24,299 bases of DNA from Candidatus Iainarchaeum sp. (GCA_038736825.1 JAVYME010000018.1:1-24299); one strand, 5' to 3'; counted from the first letter of the stretch, positions 9,353 through 17,711 are shown. Notes: generated by a model not told the origin, from the letters alone. Translations and numbers: made by a program.

Positions 9353-9871
9353 ATGAAAAAATCAGCAGTGATAATTTTTTTGGGTTCAGAAAAGGACAGG
9401 CAAATGGCAGAACGAATTATTACTTTCTGGAAAAAAAACAATTTTGACATATGCTTTGAGGTCAGAGCGCTCTCAGCACACAAGGCAGCGGAAAAAGTTT
9501 TGGATGCAGTCAAGGAATACGAAAAAAGATTTGAGTCTTTGGTGTTCATTGCAATTGCCGGCAGAAGCAATGCACTCGGTCCACTCATTGCAGGGCACTC
9601 GCGGTTTCCAGTAATAAACTGTCCGGTTTTGCAGGAAAATTTTGGGTTTATTGATTTGTTTTCCTCCATGCGAATGCCAAGCAATGTCCCTTGCTCGACA
9701 GTTTTGGATCCAGAAAATGCAGCCCTTCATGCAGCAAAAATTCTTTCCTTGACAGACAAAAAACTGTTTAATTTGATTGAAAAATATATGGAAAAAACTG
9801 TCAAAGAGATTTTGGAAAGCGATTCACTCATAAAAAAAGAGTTTGGGAAAAATGAATGCTTTAATAATTGA
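9353..9871 (+). CDS. purE: PurE, class-II-like (AIR carboxylase type)
   Basis: AVIIFLGSEKD, LSAHKAAEKV and IAIAGRSNALGPLIAGHSRFPVINCP are present. The SAHK and AGRSNxLGP signatures resemble class II (PAICS-type) rather than class I (SAHR / AGGAAHLPG). ATG 9353 is 1 nt after the purC stop and is preceded by GGAGTGA. Confidence 0.85.
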   Translation: MKKSAVIIFLGSEKDRQMAERIITFWKKNNFDICFEVRALSAHKAAEKVLDAVKEYEKRFESLVFIAIAGRSNALGPLIAGHSRFPVINCPVLQENFGFIDLFSSMRMPSNVPCSTVLDPENAALHAAKILSLTDKKLFNLIEKYMEKTVKEILESDSLIKKEFGKNECFNN

Positions 9872-10709
9872 CGGCAAAAAAATCGCATTCCAAGTAGAGG
9901 AATCACTCAAGCCACGAATTGCCCTTCTAAAGAAAAAAAAAATCAAGCCCTGCCTTGCAGTAATACTGGCTGGCGAAAAAAAGGAATCCGCGATTTATGT
10001 TGAAAGAAAAAAGGAAGCCTGCAAAAGGCTTGGAATTGCCTCCAAAATAATAAAATTGCCTGAAAAAATCCCGCAATCCAGAATAATAAAAGAAATAAAA
10101 AAACTGAATAATGACAAAAAAGTTCACGGCATTTTAGTGCAATTGCCATTGCCTGAAGGAATTGACAGAAGTGCTGTTTTGGAAACAGTTTTTCCAGCCA
10201 AGGACGTGGACGGCTTTTGCCCTGAAAACCTTGGAAGGCTTGCATTAGGCAAAGAAATTTTTGCGCCTTGCACTCCAAAAGGAATAATAAAACTCATTGA
10301 ATCCACTGGCACAAAACTTGAAGGCGCAAGGGTTTGCGTTGTCGGCCACGGCTTGGCGGCAGGAATGCCTTTAGTGCTAATGCTTTTGAATAAGGGTTGC
10401 ACTGTTTCCGTATGCGACAGGTTCACGCAAAACCTCGCTATGGAGACATCGCGTGCTGAAATTTTGGTGAGTTGTGCTGGAGTGCCAGGCCTAATAAAAA
10501 AAGAAATGGTTAAAGAAAAAGCAATAGTTATAGATGTTGGCACAACCCTCGTGGAAGGAAAGCTCAAGGGAGACCTAGACTTTGAATCAGTAAAAGAAAC
10601 AGCCTCTTTTATCACTCCAGTGCCAGGCGGAGTTGGTCCCATGACTGTTGCGTGTTTGATGGAAAACACCATTATTGCAGCAGAGCTTGCAGCAAAACAG
10701 AAAAGGTGA
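9852..10709 (+). CDS. folD: bifunctional 5,10-methylene-THF dehydrogenase / methenyl-THF cyclohydrolase
   Basis: IIDGKKIA, LAVILAGEKKESAIYVERKKEACKRLGI, HGILVQLPLP, KDVDGF, PCTPKGI and TPVPGGVGPMT are all present. The start is ATG 9852 or ATG 9843. Either one overlaps the purE 3' end. Confidence 0.9.
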   Translation: MNALIIDGKKIAFQVEESLKPRIALLKKKKIKPCLAVILAGEKKESAIYVERKKEACKRLGIASKIIKLPEKIPQSRIIKEIKKLNNDKKVHGILVQLPLPEGIDRSAVLETVFPAKDVDGFCPENLGRLALGKEIFAPCTPKGIIKLIESTGTKLEGARVCVVGHGLAAGMPLVLMLLNKGCTVSVCDRFTQNLAMETSRAEILVSCAGVPGLIKKEMVKEKAIVIDVGTTLVEGKLKGDLDFESVKETASFITPVPGGVGPMTVACLMENTIIAAELAAKQKR

Positions 10710-10713
10710 TGCA

Positions 10714-12243
10714 ATGAAAATCAGGTGCGCTTTGATTTCTGTTTCGGACAAAACCGGTTTAGCGGATTTTGCCAAAGGCTTGAAAAAACTCGGAATTGAA
10801 ATAATCTCTTCAAGTGGCACTCATGCAGCTCTAGCCAATGCCGGCATTGGCTCAATCAAGCTCTCAGTTTATGCAAGGGCGCCAGAACTGCTTGGCGGCA
10901 GGGTTAAAACCCTTCACCCAAAAATTCACGCTGGCATTCTTGCTGACCGAGAAAACCCATTACACATGAAAGAATTGAAAAAATACAATGTGAAACCAAT
11001 TGATTTGGTTGTTGTCAACCTTTATCCTTTTAAAACAGCAGTTGAAAAAAACCTTTCTGAAAAAGAGCTTGTTGAATTCATAGACATTGGCGGTTCAGCG
11101 CTTTTGCGGGCAGCGGCAAAGAATTACCCTTTTGTAGCAGTGGTTTGTGATCCCTCTGATTATGCAGCAGTGATTGCAGAAATGTCGGCAGGCAATGGCT
11201 GCCTTTCCGAAGAAACAAGGAAACGGCTTGCCGCAAAGGCATTCAGTGAAACCGCCTTTTATGATTCAATTATTTCGCAGTATTTTTCAAAGCAATCTTT
11301 CTTTCCAGAAAGACTTTTGCTTTTCTTTGAAAAGGCTTTTGATTGCAGGTATGGAGAAAACCCACACCAGCGCGCAACAGTTTACAGGGATTGCCTTTCA
11401 GAAAAAGAATCGCTTTTGGATTTCAAGCAACTCAATGGCAAAGCACTTTCCTTTAACAATCTTTTAGACCTTGATTCAGCGGTTTCCATTGCAAGCGAGT
11501 TCTCCGAGCCATGTGCGGCAATAGTGAAGCACGGCAATCCCTGCGGTGTTGCAGTTGCAGAAAACATGTGCAATGCCTTTGAAAAAGCCCTTGAATGCGA
11601 TGAAAGAAGCGCTTTCGGTTCAATCATTGCATTGAACAAAAAATGCGATTTTGACACTGCAGAAAAAATCACATCTTTTTTCAACGAAGCAGTGATTGCA
11701 CCATCCTTTTCAGAGGCAGCACTCCTTTCCCTGAAAAAAAAGGAAAACCTTAGAGTGCTGGAACTTGATTTCAAAAAACCAGGGCTTGAAATGGATTTTA
11801 AGAGAATTACTGGCGGGTTGCTTTTACAGGAAACAGACTCGCTTCCCTATTCCAAAGAAAGCAGAGAGGTTGTCTCCAAAAGAAAGCCTTCAGAAAGCGA
11901 AACCTCTGACTTGGAATTTGCATGGCGGATTGCCAAACATGTGAAAAGCAACGCAATAGTGATTGCAAAAAACAGGGCAACAATAGGAATCGGCGCAGGG
12001 CAAATGAACAGGGTTAATTCCGTAAAAATAGCGCTTGAAAATGCAGGGCAAAAAAGCAATGGAGCCTCTCTTGCCAGTGATGCCTTTTTCCCATTCAGGG
12101 ACAGCATTGACCTTGCAGCAAAGAATGGCGTAAAAGCATTCATTGCGCCGAGTGGAAGCATTCGGGACAGTGAAATTATAAGTGCTGCCGATGAAAATAA
12201 TGTTTCACTTATCTTTACAAACACAAGGCATTTCAGGCATTAA
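10714..12243 (+). CDS. purH: bifunctional AICAR transformylase / IMP cyclohydrolase
   Basis: MGS-like N-terminus ALISVSDKTGL...GGRVKTLHPKIHAGIL. Transformylase part YGENPHQ, KHGNPCGVA, GIGAGQMNRV and FFPFRD. GGTGA at 10705-10709 precedes ATG 10714. The ORF-track start 10675 lies inside folD. Confidence 0.92.
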   Translation: MKIRCALISVSDKTGLADFAKGLKKLGIEIISSSGTHAALANAGIGSIKLSVYARAPELLGGRVKTLHPKIHAGILADRENPLHMKELKKYNVKPIDLVVVNLYPFKTAVEKNLSEKELVEFIDIGGSALLRAAAKNYPFVAVVCDPSDYAAVIAEMSAGNGCLSEETRKRLAAKAFSETAFYDSIISQYFSKQSFFPERLLLFFEKAFDCRYGENPHQRATVYRDCLSEKESLLDFKQLNGKALSFNNLLDLDSAVSIASEFSEPCAAIVKHGNPCGVAVAENMCNAFEKALECDERSAFGSIIALNKKCDFDTAEKITSFFNEAVIAPSFSEAALLSLKKKENLRVLELDFKKPGLEMDFKRITGGLLLQETDSLPYSKESREVVSKRKPSESETSDLEFAWRIAKHVKSNAIVIAKNRATIGIGAGQMNRVNSVKIALENAGQKSNGASLASDAFFPFRDSIDLAAKNGVKAFIAPSGSIRDSEIISAADENNVSLIFTNTRHFRH

Positions 12244-12265
12244 ATGTAAGGCTTTTGGTGAAAGC

Positions 12266-12460
12266 ATGGGAATTGGGGAAAAAATCAAAGAATTTGTCAC
12301 AGGCGAAAAAGAAGACACTTCTAAAGCCAAAAAGGCAAAATATCCTTTTGAAACCTGCGCTTTGTGCAACCAGCCGGGCTGTGAAAAGAAATGGGCTGGC
12401 CAGTACTGGCACAAGAAATGCATGCGACAGATGAGGAAAACAGCAAAGGGAATGGTTTGA
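12266..12460 (+). CDS. small (64 aa) basic Cys/His protein, possible zinc-binding; hypothetical
   Basis: MGIGEKIKEF...ETCALCNQPGCEKKWAGQYWHKKCMRQMRK has the spacing C-x2-C-x4-C-x11-H-x2-C. GGTGA at 12257-12261 lies 4 nt before the ATG. It is co-oriented and 22 nt downstream of purH. The ORF-track start 12182 lies inside purH. Confidence 0.4.
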   Translation: MGIGEKIKEFVTGEKEDTSKAKKAKYPFETCALCNQPGCEKKWAGQYWHKKCMRQMRKTAKGMV

Positions 12461-12493
12461 TTTAGCCATTATTTCTTGAAAAATTTTTGGATT

Positions 12494-13357
12494 TTATTTT
12501 CTTGCTGCCTTTATTTGCACAAAGTGCTTGGTGCTTTTTGCAGCACTATAGCAGACTGCAGCACCCAAACTAAAATAAGCGAGCCCTTTGAAGAAATAGT
12601 CTATTTTGCCCGGGCTTTTTGTCGTAAGCTTTAACAGCCTTTTTGCAACCCATTTTTTTGGAGGGGAATAGTTTTCTTGAATGTATTGCATTACCTGCCA
12701 ATAGGAATCGTTTAAGCGCCGCATGCTCCATTCTTGTATCACTTTTATCGGCACATATTTTCCGTGAACTGAAGTCTTGCCTTGCCTTATGGCCTTCAAG
12801 ATGCTTTCCTCGTCTGGTTCTGCATTTATTTCTGTCACTCCATAGCCAAGCATTTCAATGCAGTGAGCATCGCTTCCTGCAACAGTGTTAAGCGAGTATT
12901 TTTTTGCAAAAATTTTTGCATTTTTGTTGGAAAGCCTGTCAATGTTTATGGAATTAAATACTTCTATTGCGTCGCATTTTCTTGCCTTTTGCCTTAAGCC
13001 CTTGTTTGCTATGTCAAACGGGTGCGGTGCTATTGCTATGCCGCCCTGCGCTCTTATCATTTCTATTGTTTCTTCTGTGGAATGCCCTGGATTTATTTTT
13101 TCTGAAAGCCCCAAGCCAATTATGTGCTTGTCATTTTCTGTCTGGATTTCTTCACCCTTTATTACAATCACGCCAATTTTTTTTCCAATTTTTTCAGCCT
13201 CTATGCTTCCCTTGAATTCGTTGTGGTCAGTTATTGCCAAAACTTCAAGTCCGAGGCTTTTGGCTTGTTTTACGATTTCTGCAGGCGAGTTAAGCCCTTC
13301 TATGGAAATCTTTGTTCCATAGGAATAGAACGAGTGAGAGTGCAGTTCTGCTTTCAT
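12494..13357 (-). CDS. PHP-domain metal-dependent phosphoesterase with hydrophobic C-terminal segment
   Basis: MKAELHSHSFYS (HxH), AITDHNEF, IAPHPF and AGSDAH are the canonical PHP metal-ligand motifs. The C-terminal FFKGLAYFSLGAAVCYSAA is hydrophobic. I chose ATG 13357, because the ORF-track start 13531 would overlap the upstream gene by 143 nt. Confidence 0.7.
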   Translation of the reverse strand: MKAELHSHSFYSYGTKISIEGLNSPAEIVKQAKSLGLEVLAITDHNEFKGSIEAEKIGKKIGVIVIKGEEIQTENDKHIIGLGLSEKINPGHSTEETIEMIRAQGGIAIAPHPFDIANKGLRQKARKCDAIEVFNSINIDRLSNKNAKIFAKKYSLNTVAGSDAHCIEMLGYGVTEINAEPDEESILKAIRQGKTSVHGKYVPIKVIQEWSMRRLNDSYWQVMQYIQENYSPPKKWVAKRLLKLTTKSPGKIDYFFKGLAYFSLGAAVCYSAAKSTKHFVQIKAARK

Positions 13358-13388
13358 AAAACATCCTAACAAATAATTGTTTACGGCT

Positions 13389-14783
13389 TTAAATCCTTTT
13401 TGATTGGCGTTCAAAAGTGAAAGAAATTTTTTTGTTGTGCTCTTTCGCCCAGTCCGCCAAGATTTTTTGGTGGTCAAAGGCAAGCTTTGGAAGACTTTTT
13501 GTATTGAAAACAGAAACCTTTTCAGATTCACGGCTTTTTTTTATCCTTCCAATGCCTTTGCCTGTAAAAACAACTGTTACTGAATGCCAGCGCGGGTCCC
13601 TTTCAGGCGCAGAGTAAGCCTTGAATTGTTTTAAGCCTTTTATTTTAAGGTTTGTTTCTTCGAGCACTTCGCGTTCTATTGCTTTTTCCAGTGATTCACC
13701 GTATTCAACTATTCCGCCAGGCAACGCCCAGCCTTTTGGCTTGAAATTCCTTTTCAATAAAACTATGCCTTTATTGAATTCCAAAATGCAGTCCACTGCA
13801 AGCACTGGTTTTTTCTCTAAAGGCAGGAAACCATTTAGAGCGCAAAGAGCTGCCCCTAGAGCGGCTCCTTTTCCTTCAAGCTTTTCCTTGCAAACCCTTG
13901 CTCTTTTTTTGACTACTACGTGCTTTTGCATTTCTTTTTCTGCTTCCCTTAAAAGTAGTGGAATGTTTGAAAGCCCACCGCCAATCACAATTATTTCCGG
14001 GTCAAATGCATTTGCAAAATTTGCGAGCCCGATTCCAAGATAGTGTGCTGTTTCTTTTATTGCTTTTATTGCTTTCTTGTTTCCAGTTTTTGCTTTTTTT
14101 GCAATCTCTTCCCCACTGCTTGAATTGAGGCCAAATGAATTGGCTCTTTCCAAGAGTGCTGAACCACAAGCTTGTGCTTCAAAGCAGCCTGTATTTCCGC
14201 ACTTGCATTTTCTTCCGCCTTTTGCTTGGATTATTGTGTGTCCAAATTCAGGGGCAATTCCCTTGCCTTTTAGCAGTTTTCCGTTTTCAATTACTCCCGA
14301 GCCAATGCCAGTGCCAATTGTTAGTGCTGCAAAGTTTTTGTGTTTTGCTCCAAAGCCAAAAAACCATTCTCCCAAGGCAAACATGTTTGCATCGTTTTCA
14401 AGGCATACCTTGCACTTGAATTTTTTTTCCAAAAAGGATTTGACTTTTGCTTTTTTTATTGAAGGCATGTTTGGCGATTCAATCACAATTCCTTGTTCTG
14501 AGTCGATAAAGCCAGCAAAACCTATGCCGATGCCAGTGATTTTTTCACTGCCTTTTGCCCAGCATATTGCTTTTTCCAGTGCAAGAAGTGCTTTTCCTTC
14601 GGTTGCTGGAGTTTTTACCTTGCATTCCCTTAGAATGCGCCCGTTGCTTGAAACCAGTACTGCAAGAATCTTTGTGCCGCCAATGTCCACTCCGACTGCC
14701 TTTAAAGGGATTGCTTTTTTTCTCTTTTCAAGGTTGTTTGGAATTATTTTTCTTGTTTTTTGTGGTTTTTTTGAAAAAGTCAT
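13389..14783 (-). CDS. ROK-family sugar kinase fused to a C-terminal Nudix hydrolase domain
   Basis: ROK part (aa ~27-318): VGVDIGGTKI, LENDANMFALGE, TIGTGIGSG, and the Zn motif GHTII...CKCGNTGCFEAQACG. Nudix part (aa ~325-464): Nudix box GGIVEYGESLEKAIEREVLEETNL followed by ERDPRWHSVTVVF. The start ATG overlaps the upstream stop as ATGA. Confidence 0.8.
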   Translation of the reverse strand: MTFSKKPQKTRKIIPNNLEKRKKAIPLKAVGVDIGGTKILAVLVSSNGRILRECKVKTPATEGKALLALEKAICWAKGSEKITGIGIGFAGFIDSEQGIVIESPNMPSIKKAKVKSFLEKKFKCKVCLENDANMFALGEWFFGFGAKHKNFAALTIGTGIGSGVIENGKLLKGKGIAPEFGHTIIQAKGGRKCKCGNTGCFEAQACGSALLERANSFGLNSSSGEEIAKKAKTGNKKAIKAIKETAHYLGIGLANFANAFDPEIIVIGGGLSNIPLLLREAEKEMQKHVVVKKRARVCKEKLEGKGAALGAALCALNGFLPLEKKPVLAVDCILEFNKGIVLLKRNFKPKGWALPGGIVEYGESLEKAIEREVLEETNLKIKGLKQFKAYSAPERDPRWHSVTVVFTGKGIGRIKKSRESEKVSVFNTKSLPKLAFDHQKILADWAKEHNKKISFTFERQSKRI

Positions 14784-15769
14784 TTTTTCAGTTCCCTTTT
14801 GAGCATTTCTATGTTTTCCACTTTTTCTGGGTCAACGCCATTCAAAAGAGCTAGATAGTATGAGGCAAAGTCTCCTGCAAGAATGAAATAAAACATTTTT
14901 TCCATGTCGCTTTTGCCTTTTGGCCATAATTCTAGCCACTGGCTTTTTTCAGAGATTATTTTTTTTGTGAAATCCATTCTTTTTCTTTCTCTTGTGTTTT
15001 CCTTTTCATCCCTGAAAAGAACAAAGGCAAGTTTTTCCTCGCAAGGGAGAAAGCCCACTATTTCGTTGTGGTTTAATTCTGGCAGGACATTCCAGTGAGA
15101 GAATGTCTTGCTGTTTTCAGCGAGCTGCGTGTGAAAGCGCAGGGCTGCTGAACCAAACCGTTTTTGGGAATAAATTACTGGGATTTTTTTGTGAAGGAAT
15201 TTTGCGATTTTTTTGCCGTCCTCTTCTGCTTCTTCAGAAATGCTTTCAAGGAAAGAGGCTGTTTTTTCAAGCGAACTGCCTGCAAACACAAGACCCATTT
15301 TTTCAAGTGTGGCTATTATTGGGGCAAAGGTCATGCAAAGCTGGGTTCTTGGAGCAAACCCGGGTGGAATCAAAATGCAGTTTTTGCATTCTTTTGATAG
15401 AATGCCATTGGATGAAATGCAGACAATTGCCATTCCTCTTTTTTTTGCTTCATAAAAAACTGAAAGTGTTTCCTCTGTGTTGCCAGAATAGCTTACTATT
15501 ATGGCAAGCCAGTTGTTGTCAGCAAATTTTGGAATGGAATAGTCTTGGACGACAATTATGGGCACAATTGCTTTATTTTCAAGCAAGTCTTTTGCTATTA
15601 AGCCGCCAATTCCGCTGCCGCCCATGCCTGCAATGATCACTCCGCTTATGTTTTTTTTCCAAAGGCTTTCTGGAGCTTTCCATAAAAACCCTAGTTCTAC
15701 AGCTTTCCAGAACTGTAATGGAAAGGATCTAATGCAATCCAGGAAAGCTTTTTCTTGTGTTTTTTTCAT
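14780..15769 (-). CDS. bifunctional phosphoglucose/phosphomannose isomerase (archaeal SIS-domain PGI/PMI family)
   Basis: SIS motifs GMGGSGIGG and VSYSGNTEETL. PELNHNEIVG and the C-terminal GDFASYYLALLNGVDPEKVENIEMLK are typical of the crenarchaeal-type PGI/PMI. It has ATGA overlaps at both ends. Confidence 0.8.
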   Translation of the reverse strand: MKKTQEKAFLDCIRSFPLQFWKAVELGFLWKAPESLWKKNISGVIIAGMGGSGIGGLIAKDLLENKAIVPIIVVQDYSIPKFADNNWLAIIVSYSGNTEETLSVFYEAKKRGMAIVCISSNGILSKECKNCILIPPGFAPRTQLCMTFAPIIATLEKMGLVFAGSSLEKTASFLESISEEAEEDGKKIAKFLHKKIPVIYSQKRFGSAALRFHTQLAENSKTFSHWNVLPELNHNEIVGFLPCEEKLAFVLFRDEKENTRERKRMDFTKKIISEKSQWLELWPKGKSDMEKMFYFILAGDFASYYLALLNGVDPEKVENIEMLKRELKK

Positions 15770-17670
15770 TTAAAGCCCCCTTCTTTTTTTTCTTGAATTT
15801 TTTTTGCAATTCTTTTTTCAAGCAATTCCATTACCTCTTTTCCTGAGGTTCTGCCTCTCAATTCCTTCATTGCATCGCCCATCAGGGCGTTCACTGCAAG
15901 CATTCCTTTTTCCAATACAAGGCTTTCGTTTGCTTCAATTATTCTTTCAATGGTTTTTTCAATCTCGCTGGCTCCTGCTTTTTTTATTGCAATGCCTTCA
16001 ATTGCCTTTTCCAGCGGCATGCCTTTTGCAGTTTCCCTTAAAACGTCAAGCAAAACATCTTTTGAAATTTTTCCCTTTTTTTCTGCTTCAAGCAAAGCCA
16101 AGATTTTTTCGCTTGTAATTGCTGAAATTTCAAGTCCTTCCCTTTCAAGGGTTTTAAGTCCTTCAAGCAGGAGGGCTGCTGCTGTTGTGGCATTGAATCC
16201 TTTTGCGAGCAATGTTTCAAAAAAGCAAGCGTGATTGCTTAGCTTCATTTCTTCTGCAAGCTTGGAGCTCAACCCGTGCTTTTTGTACAATTCCAGCCTT
16301 TGTGCTATAGTGAGCGGAAGAGAGCGCTTTAATTCTTCAAGGGTTTTTTTGTCAATGCTTATTGTTTTTAAGTCTGTTTCGGGATACATTCTGGCTGCAC
16401 CCGGCAGAGGTCTCGAATAACTTGAAGAACCGTTTTCTAGAGCATTTCTGGTTTCCTCTGGAATGCCTTTTAAGGCAAGAGCGCAGCGTTCTCTCACTGT
16501 TTCAAATGCCTTTGAGGATTTCTCTTGTGATTCTATTAAAATCAAGAATGCGTCTTTTTCCTTGCAATCCAGTTTTTCGGCGATTTTTTTCTTTTCCTCT
16601 GCGGAAATTCCGTATTTTGGGAGTTCATCGCTGTGCAATAAGCCTTTGATATTGTGCCTTGCATTCAAGTAATCCTTTATTTCGGTTCCAAAGCGCCTGT
16701 CCGGCTGTAATTCCTTTCCAATGAGCCCAGCAAAGCCTTTCAGTTTTATTGCAAAGGCTTTTTTTCCAGCCTTCAAGTCAGATGCAACAAACTTGCATTC
16801 TGTTTTTGAAAAAATTTCCGAAACATCTGTTTCTTTTTCTTGCAAGTCTTTTTCAGTTATTCCTCTTTTTTCAAGTTCTTTTTTCAATTCTATCAGCATT
16901 GCCTGCCTTTGAACTTCCAATTCAACAAATTTTGAAATCATTTCCAGTTCTTGCACTCCCTTGAGTTCAATTCTTGCCCCTCCCTCTATGCTGATGTTTA
17001 TATCCTGCCTTATCGTGCCAAGCCCTCTTTTTGCCTTGCAGGTGCGCCTTAAAAGCTCTCCAATTTTGAGCGCGCACTCTTGTGCTTCTTGCGGTGACTT
17101 TATTTCTGGGGCTGTTGCAATTTCAATCAATGGAATGCCCTGCCGGTCAAGCGAGTAAACAATTTTCTCGCTGTTTTTCTCTATGGGCCTGCAAGAGTCC
17201 TCTTCCAATACAATTGTTTGAATGCCTATTTTTTTGTCTTTCAATTCCAAAAAACCGTTTTCTGCCACCAGCATTGTTCTCTGAAACCCAGAGGTGTTGG
17301 AGCCATCCAATACAATTTTTCTCATTACAAAGAGTTCGTCGAAAACCCTTGCATTGCACATCAAAGCAATTTTCAGTGCGGTTTCAAGCGCTTCTTTGTC
17401 AGCTTCTTTTGGGGGTTCTTCGTCGGCTTCCACCAAGCAACAGCAATCATTGAAGGAATAGTATTCGAAAAGCATTTGCTTGCCTGACTGTTCTGCAGCA
17501 GCACGGTCTATTTCGCCCATTTCCGAGGCAGCTGTTCTCAGCCTGCGCTTGAATACAAAATCTGGTTTTCCTTCTTTTAGGATGGAAGGGCACCTGCAAA
17601 AAAGCTTTCCAGTGTCAAGCTGCTGGTGCACTTCTATGCCGCATTTCAAGCCAAAAGAGGAACAATCCAT
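15766..17670 (-). CDS. gatE: Glu-tRNA(Gln) amidotransferase subunit E
   Basis: GLKCGIEVHQQLDTGKLFCRC is the GatB/E cradle N-terminus. The ~634 aa length, with an inserted domain, favours GatE over GatB (~480 aa). The C-terminal part is a YqeY/GatB-like helical tail. I chose ATG 17670, because the ORF-track GTG 17733 would overlap the upstream gene. Confidence 0.85.
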   Translation of the reverse strand: MDCSSFGLKCGIEVHQQLDTGKLFCRCPSILKEGKPDFVFKRRLRTAASEMGEIDRAAAEQSGKQMLFEYYSFNDCCCLVEADEEPPKEADKEALETALKIALMCNARVFDELFVMRKIVLDGSNTSGFQRTMLVAENGFLELKDKKIGIQTIVLEEDSCRPIEKNSEKIVYSLDRQGIPLIEIATAPEIKSPQEAQECALKIGELLRRTCKAKRGLGTIRQDINISIEGGARIELKGVQELEMISKFVELEVQRQAMLIELKKELEKRGITEKDLQEKETDVSEIFSKTECKFVASDLKAGKKAFAIKLKGFAGLIGKELQPDRRFGTEIKDYLNARHNIKGLLHSDELPKYGISAEEKKKIAEKLDCKEKDAFLILIESQEKSSKAFETVRERCALALKGIPEETRNALENGSSSYSRPLPGAARMYPETDLKTISIDKKTLEELKRSLPLTIAQRLELYKKHGLSSKLAEEMKLSNHACFFETLLAKGFNATTAAALLLEGLKTLEREGLEISAITSEKILALLEAEKKGKISKDVLLDVLRETAKGMPLEKAIEGIAIKKAGASEIEKTIERIIEANESLVLEKGMLAVNALMGDAMKELRGRTSGKEVMELLEKRIAKKIQEKKEGGFK

Positions 17671-17711
17671 TGCAATCAATGAAAAATAGCGCGGAAACCT
17701 TTTAATTTGAA

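Noticed and set aside
9933-9942. A10 homopolymer inside folD (encoding KKKK), and other A8/T8 runs in coding regions, considered as possible phase-variation or programmed-slippage sites.
   Set aside because: The reading frames are intact across all of them. Lys-rich AAA runs are expected in a low-GC genome, and nothing in an alternative frame suggests a functional shifted product.
13358-13531. N-terminal 58-aa extension of the PHP ORF in the six-frame track.
   Set aside because: It would overlap the 3' end of the ROK::Nudix gene by 143 nt. The PHP domain begins exactly at the internal Met (MKAELHSHS), which is the usual N-terminus of this family.
15766-17670. Alternative call of this gene as GatB rather than GatE.
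   Set aside because: The ~634 aa length, with a large insertion after the cradle domain, fits GatE. GatB is ~470-480 aa.
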